This document shows, piece by piece, positions 56,969 through 64,000 of a DNA stretch of 64,000 nt. The translations under genes and the position numbers were made by a program. The notes beneath the pieces are model-generated. The model saw only the letters and a list, made by a program, of their open reading frames with translations. It was not told the DNA's origin and did not search any database. How positions within the stretch are numbered: the stretch's first letter is position 1; the number at the start of each line of letters is the position of its first letter. This DNA comes from an uncultured bacterium (GTDB taxonomy: Bacteria > Hydrothermota > UBA3072), in NCBI GenBank assembly GCA_964523975.1, contig CAZGBM010000001.1, forward strand, positions 6,116-70,115. Direction: 5' to 3'.

Positions 56969-57083
56969 TCAGAAGTTTCCCTCTATCCAATTATAAATTG
57001 CTAATAAACGGTCGTGAATATGTAGAGTAGTATAAACTTATATTGTATTGACTTATAACCTCAATTTAATTATTATAGTATAT

Positions 57084-58280
57084 ATGAGGATTTATGAAAC
57101 ATTAATCGAAATAGGAATCAAATTATCATCAGAGAAAGATCTTAATAAATTACTCAATATAATCCTTGAAGACGCCTGTAAAATTTGTAAGGCTGATGCA
57201 GGAACTTTCTACCTGAAGAACAACAACAGCCTGGAGTTTAAAATTTCGCGTAATTTGACCCTCGAAGAAAAAATGGGCAAAAAAAACTTCCTTGAATCGA
57301 TTTCTCCGCATGCTTTACCCATATCGAATAAATCCATCGCTGGCTGGAGTGCTCAAAACAAAAAAATATTAAATATAAAAGATTTGAACTCGATAAAAAA
57401 TTGCCCTTACTGTCACAACACGGAGTTCGAGGAGAAAACAGGATACAAATGCAAATCTATGTTAACGGTTCCGATTATTGACAGGGAAGATAAATTAGTA
57501 GGCGTATTTCAGCTCATAAACAAAACGGAAAAATGGGAAGTAACGTCTTTTAAAAAGGCAGACGAAAAAATAGCCGAATCGCTTGCTTCACAGGCTGCAG
57601 TGGCAATAAGAAATGCTCAACTTACCGATGAGCTCAAATCCGCTCAGCTTGAAACCATATATGTACTTGGTGAAGCCGCCGAATATAAAGATAAAGAAAC
57701 GGGAAATCACATCAAAAGAGTCGCCAGTTTCTCAAAAATAATCGCAGAAAATCTGGGACTGGATGATAATTTAATCGAAACGATTTATAAAGGAAGCCCT
57801 CTGCATGACATCGGTAAAATCGGCATTCCCGATAAAATACTCACAAAACCCGGTAAACTGGATGCAGATGAGTGGGAAACAATGAAAGAACACACAACTC
57901 TTGGATTTAAGCTATTAAAGGATTCTCAATCGGATATAATTAAAACTGCCGCCGAAATTGCCTACACACATCACGAAAAATGGAACGGAAAAGGCTACCC
58001 GCAGGGACTTGCAGGTAAAGAAATTCCTCTTTCAGGCAGAATTGTAGCTTTATCCGACTTCTTTGATGCATTGACTTCGGAAAGACCCTACAGAAAAGAG
58101 CCTTTTTCTCTTTCGGAAACATTTTCTATGATTGAAGAAGAGAAAGGTAAACATTTTTGCCCGGAGGTTACCGATGCGTTCTTCAGGGCGATAAAACACA
58201 TCGAAGAAATCAGCGATTATTTTTCGAAACACACGGAGCCCACACACAACCACACCAATAAATTTAACAACAGAGAATAA
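57084..58280 (+). CDS. GAF-domain plus HD-GYP-domain phosphodiesterase (possibly leaderless; ORF-track start is an upstream TTG at 57048)
   Basis: GAF-like N-terminal half; HD-GYP motifs LHDIGKIGIPDKIL and HHEKWNGKGYPQGL; TTGACT-17-TATTAT ends 7 nt before the ATG at 57084. Confidence 0.75.
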   Translation: MRIYETLIEIGIKLSSEKDLNKLLNIILEDACKICKADAGTFYLKNNNSLEFKISRNLTLEEKMGKKNFLESISPHALPISNKSIAGWSAQNKKILNIKDLNSIKNCPYCHNTEFEEKTGYKCKSMLTVPIIDREDKLVGVFQLINKTEKWEVTSFKKADEKIAESLASQAAVAIRNAQLTDELKSAQLETIYVLGEAAEYKDKETGNHIKRVASFSKIIAENLGLDDNLIETIYKGSPLHDIGKIGIPDKILTKPGKLDADEWETMKEHTTLGFKLLKDSQSDIIKTAAEIAYTHHEKWNGKGYPQGLAGKEIPLSGRIVALSDFFDALTSERPYRKEPFSLSETFSMIEEEKGKHFCPEVTDAFFRAIKHIEEISDYFSKHTEPTHNHTNKFNNRE

Positions 58281-58289
58281 AAAAATTTT

Positions 58290-58497
58290 TGTTGTTTTTC
58301 ACCACACCACCCATTTTTTAACAACAAATTGCACAAATTTCACAAATAAATTTGAGAATAGTCAGTATCTGTTTTTTAAATATTCGTGCTATTCGTGTTA
58401 TTTGTTGTTTCTCTTTTTTTTAATTCCTTTTTGAATTTTGATTTGTAATTTTGCATTTTGCTATTTGATTTTTGAATTTCAGTGGCTTTGCCGTGCT
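58290..58497. repeat. Internal modules plus solo arm plus imperfect hairpin of the IVS-like family
   Basis: caccacaccacccattttttaacaacaaattgcacaaatttcac...attcgtgctattcgtgttatttgttgtttct...ttgaattttgatttgtaattttgcattttgctatttgatttttg...cagtggctttgccgtgctg. Confidence 0.55.
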
Positions 58498-58600
58498 GAG
58501 TTCTTTCTACCTTCTGTAGTTAAAGAATGCGGCAGGATACACTTTTAGGCTCTTGACAATAAATTACTTCTATTTATTTTCCATTATATATGGAGGAACA

Positions 58601-59452
58601 ATGTCATCGATTTTAATACCTGTACTGGTACTCGGAGGATTAGCGCTTGGGTTCGGAGCTTTCCTTGTATTCAGTGCTGAGAAATTTAAAGTCATAAAGG
58701 ATAAAAGAATTGAAAAAATTCTTGAAATATTACCCGGTATCGATTGTGGTGCCTGCGGAGCTCCGGGTTGTGCTGCGTTTGCCGGTGGCGTAATTAAAGG
58801 GGAATACGCTGTAAACGGTTGTAAAGTAGGCAGAGAAGAAGTCGCTGGTAAAATTGCCGGAATCCTGGGCGTTAAAGCAAAAGACGCAACTCATGAAGAA
58901 GTAGCTGTGCTTTGTTGTCTTGGAGACTACGAAATAGCAGTAAGAATTGCAGATTACGACGGAATTTCCACATGTGAAGCTCTTGATTTAATGGGTGGAA
59001 ATAAGGGATGTCAGTATGGATGCCTTGGACTCGGAGATTGCGTGCGTGAATGTCCTTTTGACGCAATTGTAATGAGCGAAAAAGGGTTACCATACATAAT
59101 AGAAGATAAATGTACTGCATGCGGAATTTGTGTAGAAACCTGCCCGAGAAGACTTTTCGAAATTATTCCCAGAAATCAGGATATATACATTGCCTGCCGT
59201 TCTTATGACGACGCAAAAACCGTAAAACAGGTTTGTTCACGTGGATGCATTGCCTGTACTCTCTGCGTAAGAGTAACAGAAGACGAAATAATAAAAATGG
59301 ACGGGAACCTCGCAAAAATACAGTGGAACAAGATAAAAGATAATAAACAATTAGAACCTGCTTTAGAAAAATGTCCTGCCAGGACTTTCGTAAGAAGATC
59401 AGAATTGAAAAAGAAACAAAAAAGCGAACGGTCAATTATAAATGTCAATTAA
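58601..59452 (+). CDS. RnfB-like iron-sulfur protein (N-terminal TM helix, CxxCGxxGC cluster, 4Fe-4S ferredoxin motifs)
   Basis: Start placed at ATG 58601 (GGAGG 5 nt upstream); ILPGIDCGACGAPGCAAFA and CTACGICVETCP / CIACTLC ferredoxin motifs. Confidence 0.6.
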   Translation: MSSILIPVLVLGGLALGFGAFLVFSAEKFKVIKDKRIEKILEILPGIDCGACGAPGCAAFAGGVIKGEYAVNGCKVGREEVAGKIAGILGVKAKDATHEEVAVLCCLGDYEIAVRIADYDGISTCEALDLMGGNKGCQYGCLGLGDCVRECPFDAIVMSEKGLPYIIEDKCTACGICVETCPRRLFEIIPRNQDIYIACRSYDDAKTVKQVCSRGCIACTLCVRVTEDEIIKMDGNLAKIQWNKIKDNKQLEPALEKCPARTFVRRSELKKKQKSERSIINVN

Positions 59453-59482
59453 CAATCTTATATTATATTTCAGGAGGAATTA

Positions 59483-60340
59483 ATGCACAGGTATTTGCTG
59501 GTAATTAAAGACTTTTCTTTGCCTGCTTACGGAGTTATGGCAGTAATGGGATATCTCGTAGGTATGTTTTTCATAATGAAAGAAGCAAAAAGAAAGAAAA
59601 TCGAACCTATCCTTTTACAATCTCTTACAATGTGGATTATTGTTGGAATGTTAATAGGAGCAAGAATATGGTACGTGCTGGAAAACTGGGACCAATTCAG
59701 TTCGAATTTTATTTCGATTTTCAAGCTCTGGGAAGGAGGAATGGTATTCTACGGAGGTTTTATAGGTGGATTTTTGGGCGGATTTTTATTTGTTAAAATA
59801 GCAAAATTACCATTATCAGAAATCATGGATATTGTTGCTCCCGGAATCGCAATAGCTATTGCCATTGGCAGGATAGGATGTTTTCTCAACGGATGCTGCT
59901 ACGGTAAAGTTACAGATAGCTGCATTGGTGTCAGCTTTCCTTCAAGATGGTTACCTCCTGCATATCTAGACCAGGTACAAAAAGGGCTGATTTCTCAAGA
60001 AGCCCAGCGAAGCCTGCCGGTTATCCCAACACAACTTATATCAACCTTGAATCTTTTGATAATTTTTGCAATATTATGGAAAGTAAGAAAGAAAAGAGTC
60101 TTTAAGGGCTTTCTTTTCACTTTATTCTTAGGCTTATATGGACTTCATCGTTTTATAATCGATTTTTTCCGGCAGTATTCGGAAAACGCTTTAATACTCA
60201 AATATCTCACCCTCTCACAAGTTCTGAGTATAATTTTTATGATAACTTCTACCCTGGTCATAATGTTTAGCTATAGAAAAGACAAGAACCAAAAAGTAAA
60301 ACCAAAACTCTTAAAAAATAATAAAGAAACACAAAAATGA
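59483..60340 (+). CDS. lgt: Prolipoprotein diacylglyceryl transferase
   Basis: 285 aa; polytopic; IGRIGCFLNGCCYGK signature. Confidence 0.85.
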   Translation: MHRYLLVIKDFSLPAYGVMAVMGYLVGMFFIMKEAKRKKIEPILLQSLTMWIIVGMLIGARIWYVLENWDQFSSNFISIFKLWEGGMVFYGGFIGGFLGGFLFVKIAKLPLSEIMDIVAPGIAIAIAIGRIGCFLNGCCYGKVTDSCIGVSFPSRWLPPAYLDQVQKGLISQEAQRSLPVIPTQLISTLNLLIIFAILWKVRKKRVFKGFLFTLFLGLYGLHRFIIDFFRQYSENALILKYLTLSQVLSIIFMITSTLVIMFSYRKDKNQKVKPKLLKNNKETQK

Positions 60341-60466
60341 TTTTAAAGTTGCGGGTTTTAAGTCAATTTTTTCGAGTGTAACAACGATTGATATGATAAT
60401 ATATTCTCTAAACAGCCCAACACACCAACAGTCCAACGGACCAACATATTGCAAAAAGGAATAATA

Positions 60467-62521
60467 ATGAGAAAAATATTCTCATTATTATTATTTATTT
60501 CCTGTGTTGTTTTCTCTTATAAAATTGAATTGAATAACGGGGAGACTATAAGTTCGGATTCGCTCCGGATGAGAAACGACTCCATTTACGCAATCGACAC
60601 CGTTTTTTTAAGAAGTGATATAAAATCCATCATATTTGGTGCGGGAGATGTGGAAAAAGGTACGGGAGGGCTCCCCCAGGATATTAAAAAAATTCTTGAA
60701 GATAGAGAAAGATTAATAGTAGAATATTCCGATTTCGACGGAGTGGTTATGCTCGATAAAGGCATAAATACGCTCTTTTCTGACGGCACACGCAGTTATG
60801 AATATCACTTCCAAGGTTTGATTTTAAAAGATTCCAAAAGAACCTGGGCTAACTTCCAACGACAGTTTGACCAACAAAGAGAAAAAATGAAAATCGATAT
60901 GGCAAGAGTTATAAAAGAAGATGGCAGAATAATACCTCTCGATATGAACAAAGTAACCATAACAAAACCAAAAGCAGATGATATGTTCTTCGATAAAGAT
61001 AAAATAATCTCATTCAGCATTCCTGAAGTAGAAGTAGGAGATATCATTGAATATAAATACACAGAGGAAATTTTTAACCCCTGGGATAAGAAAATCTTTT
61101 CGATGGGATGGTTCTTCGGAGGGTCGGAACCGGTAATTGAATCGTCCGTCAGAATAATTGTTCCTTCTGAAATTTATTTAGGATTTAAGATAAAAAACGA
61201 TGGGAATGTCAAAGTAGATTCTGCATCTACCGATTCAACGAGAGAATATGTATTCGAAAAAAACAATACCTTACCACCTATAGAAGAGCCCTTAATGCCG
61301 GTTACAGCAGAACTGGTACCTTTTCTCAATATTTCGAATCAGAAAGACTGGAATTATATATTCAACTGGTACGCCGATTTCCAGAAAAGCAGAATGGAAA
61401 TTACCGAAGAAATCCAAAGAATTACCGATTCTTTGACAAAAGGTTTGAACACTCATGAAGAAAAAACAGCAGCTTTATACCACTGGATTCAACGAAATAT
61501 AAGATATATATCAATAAAAGGAGCTGTGGCAAGCGGAGTCTCAGGTCATAGTGCTTCCCAGACCCTGGAAAACGGGTACGGTGATTGTACTGATAAGGCT
61601 ATTCTCTTCTCTACCCTATTAAAAGCAGCAGGCATCGAAGCATATCCCGTCTATTTGCACACCTATCCTGCTCCTGAGTTAGTCAAAGAAATTCCTTCAT
61701 TCTGGGGAAACCACGCTATTGTAGAAGTTTTCCCAAAAGAAGGGAAACCTTACTTTCTTGACCCTGTCTCTGAATATTTTCGATATCCTTCCTTTGCCAC
61801 AATGGACCATGGAATGGATGCAATATGCGCACAAAAATCAAGGATTGACTTAATCGAAGTACCACTACCAGAAAATAACCGTAGAAATTACCAATACACA
61901 ATCGACATACCGAAAAACGGCGGAGCTACGGTAATCTTTAAGTCGAATTACAACGGAAGTTATGAAGCCGGAATAAGAGCTTATTGGGAAAGGCTCGACC
62001 CCAGCGAAAAAAAGAGACAATTCGAAAAGATGGCAAAAAGCGTTTCTTCCTCTGCCCTATTAGTTGACTATAATATATCAAATATAACGGATATTTCCCA
62101 ACCTTTAGAAATGACAATAAAATATGAAGTACCGGATTTTCTAAAAAAACAGGGCGAGTTATATGTATTGAAGCTTCCCGAATTGGAAGGAAGATATACG
62201 AAAGACGAACTTTCTCTTTCGACTCGCAATTATGACTTAATTTACGACACATCCGAAGAAATTGTCCACACATTTAAAATAACTTTACCAAATGAAATAA
62301 AGATTGTATCTGTTCCGGAACAGTTCTCCGGAAAATCAAAAAATGCCGAATATACAGCCTCATATACCCAAAAAGAAGATACATTGATATTTAAGGACGA
62401 CTGGAAAAGAAAAAACCGTAAAATAAGTGTTTCCGAGTACAAAGATTATAAGACTTTATGCAATGAAATATTGAATTACGTAAAAAGACCTGTAATTATG
62501 CAACTAATAGGAGGAAACTAA
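60467..62521 (+). CDS. Transglutaminase-like (DUF3857/TGase/DUF3858-type) protein
   Basis: Signal sequence; ENGYGDCTDKAILFSTLLKAAGIEAYP with the putative catalytic Cys of the transglutaminase-like cysteine-protease fold; start at ATG 60467 (track begins at an upstream TTG). Confidence 0.6.
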   Translation: MRKIFSLLLFISCVVFSYKIELNNGETISSDSLRMRNDSIYAIDTVFLRSDIKSIIFGAGDVEKGTGGLPQDIKKILEDRERLIVEYSDFDGVVMLDKGINTLFSDGTRSYEYHFQGLILKDSKRTWANFQRQFDQQREKMKIDMARVIKEDGRIIPLDMNKVTITKPKADDMFFDKDKIISFSIPEVEVGDIIEYKYTEEIFNPWDKKIFSMGWFFGGSEPVIESSVRIIVPSEIYLGFKIKNDGNVKVDSASTDSTREYVFEKNNTLPPIEEPLMPVTAELVPFLNISNQKDWNYIFNWYADFQKSRMEITEEIQRITDSLTKGLNTHEEKTAALYHWIQRNIRYISIKGAVASGVSGHSASQTLENGYGDCTDKAILFSTLLKAAGIEAYPVYLHTYPAPELVKEIPSFWGNHAIVEVFPKEGKPYFLDPVSEYFRYPSFATMDHGMDAICAQKSRIDLIEVPLPENNRRNYQYTIDIPKNGGATVIFKSNYNGSYEAGIRAYWERLDPSEKKRQFEKMAKSVSSSALLVDYNISNITDISQPLEMTIKYEVPDFLKKQGELYVLKLPELEGRYTKDELSLSTRNYDLIYDTSEEIVHTFKITLPNEIKIVSVPEQFSGKSKNAEYTASYTQKEDTLIFKDDWKRKNRKISVSEYKDYKTLCNEILNYVKRPVIMQLIGGN

Positions 62522-64000
62522 TGAAAAAGGTTTTTACTATAATAATTATTTCAATCAATATCTTTATCTTTTCTTGCAACCGGCAAGCTTTGAAAAACGA
62601 AAATGAATGGAAAGAAGATATAATATACACCGAAAAAGGCGAAGAATATAAATGCAGAGTGACAAAAATAACTCCTGATTCAATATACATAGCAACATCG
62701 GAAGGCACGGCTACATTTCCTCAAAAAGAAGTTCGCAGTATCGACCTGGCAAAGAAAAGAGAAGGTTATTTGTGGAAAACCGTAAAAGATATAAACGACC
62801 CTATATTATTGCAAAGTTTAAAAACCGACCTTTCGAAGTTCACGGAGAAAAAATATGTAGACATTTATCTTAGGAAAGAATTGAAAATAAAAAAAGATTC
62901 CAGTTATGCTTATTCTATAAGATGCATACGGGCTATTTTTTCCGAAAAAGGAAGAAGTTACGGGAATATAAGTTTTGAATATCAATCGAAAGAAGAAGAC
63001 ATCGAAATAAATTTCGCAAGGACGATAACAAAAGAAAGCGAAATACTTCACCTAAGAGAGAATGCTATCGAGGATGCCTCTGTTTATTCCAGAATACCGC
63101 CTTACGAGAACACTCATGAAATGAAAATAGCAATGAGAGAAGTAAAACCCGGAAATTTTCTTGATTTTAAAGTTACTATTTACGGAAAAATATCCGAGGA
63201 ATTCCCATTCATTTTAGAAAATACTCTGGGAAGTTCCGGCCCAACTCTTAAAAGTATTATCAGGGTTGAAGCACCCAGAAGTTTTGATATAGCCTGGCAG
63301 AACTGGAAAACAGATTCACCCGAATTAAAATTCTCGGGCAGAAATAAAATTTTTGAATGGAAAATTGGCTTTCTCGAAGAAGTAGAAAAAGAAGAAAATG
63401 CGCCGCCAAAATCTTATATTTTTCCGAGGGTAGCTGCCGGACTTAAAAATGATTGGAATAAAATAGCCGGAGACTTCGAAAAACGCTTAAAGGGAGAATA
63501 TACTGCAGAAAAGAAAGAACCGGAAGAGATATATAGTGAAATTACATCTTTGATTAGATTTGCAGATATACCTTCCTATGAATACAATGTTTATTCTAAA
63601 AATGTAGAAGAAATACTGGAAAACAAATTAGCAAACTCACTTGATAAATCCTGTCTTCTGTATTCTGCTTTTAAATCACAAGAACTTCCTGCGGAACTTA
63701 TATTAGTTCGTTCAAAGACAAGAGGCGAATTAGCCAGAGATGTCCCGTCTTTATATCAGTTTGATGGTGCTCTGGTAAAAATGGGAGAAATCTTTCTCGA
63801 CCCTTCATCAGAACTCAATCCATACGGATATATAAGAGCTGAATATCAGGGTACGGAAGGGCTTTCTGTAACAAAAAAAGAGTTCACCCAAATACCTCTA
63901 TTCGAAGGGGATAAAGAAAAAACATCCGTAAAAAGGATAGTAGAACTCGATAAAGACGGCGATGCAGAAATAGAAGAGAAAATCAAATCTTTTGGTAATA
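62521..64000 (+). CDS. Transglutaminase-like lipoprotein paralog, 3'-truncated by the window edge
   Basis: Open frame from ATG 62521 to the window end; lipobox IFIFSCN; LDKSCLLYSAFKSQELPAELILV aligns with the catalytic-Cys region of the upstream gene. Confidence 0.55.
   Translation, partial: MKKVFTIIIISINIFIFSCNRQALKNENEWKEDIIYTEKGEEYKCRVTKITPDSIYIATSEGTATFPQKEVRSIDLAKKREGYLWKTVKDINDPILLQSLKTDLSKFTEKKYVDIYLRKELKIKKDSSYAYSIRCIRAIFSEKGRSYGNISFEYQSKEEDIEINFARTITKESEILHLRENAIEDASVYSRIPPYENTHEMKIAMREVKPGNFLDFKVTIYGKISEEFPFILENTLGSSGPTLKSIIRVEAPRSFDIAWQNWKTDSPELKFSGRNKIFEWKIGFLEEVEKEENAPPKSYIFPRVAAGLKNDWNKIAGDFEKRLKGEYTAEKKEPEEIYSEITSLIRFADIPSYEYNVYSKNVEEILENKLANSLDKSCLLYSAFKSQELPAELILVRSKTRGELARDVPSLYQFDGALVKMGEIFLDPSSELNPYGYIRAEYQGTEGLSVTKKEFTQIPLFEGDKEKTSVKRIVELDKDGDAEIEEKIKSFGN

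Overview
The window is a 64-kb, low-GC chromosomal segment from a diderm bacterium; no rRNA, tRNA or CRISPR features were found. Canonical TTGACA-N16/17-TATAAT promoters and GGAGG ribosome-binding sites are visible. A T9SS C-terminal sorting domain, an outer-membrane beta-barrel protein, a single LolD/LolE pair and a DUF2723 membrane protein point to the FCB superphylum, probably outside Bacteroidetes proper; this placement is inferred and tentative. The left third is one long minus-strand housekeeping array: lolE-lolD-mcsA-mcsB-clpC-parA-parB-M23 peptidase-bactofilin-rph-rluD-topA. The rest is more accessory. It holds a VapBC-like RHH/PIN pair and two tandem paralogous signal-peptide proteins of about 800 aa with C-terminal membrane anchors. 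It also holds a HlyD/ABC-2 exporter, a TIM-barrel gene followed by three SAM methyltransferase genes, and a 2298-aa T9SS-secreted gingipain-like (C25) multidomain protein. That giant gene converges on a signal-peptide-bearing SagB-type dehydrogenase. Two HD-GYP regulators, uvrC, nagB, ispF, an RnfB-like ferredoxin, lgt and tandem transglutaminase-like lipoproteins are also present. The most unusual structure lies outside the genes. A dispersed repeat family appears to be built around a four-helix-bundle ('23S rRNA intervening-sequence protein') gene bounded by ~55-bp inverted arms. The arm sequence occurs 11 times in the window. These comprise one full-length element (two arms), two MITE-like internally deleted derivatives (two arms each) and five solo arms. 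A second, G-rich modular repeat family ('gggttgggttttaaacaacaa' plus 'ctttgtgttctctgtg' units, sometimes in tandem) fills six other intergenic regions. Candidate leaderless starts are seen for ispF and the GAF-HD-GYP gene.
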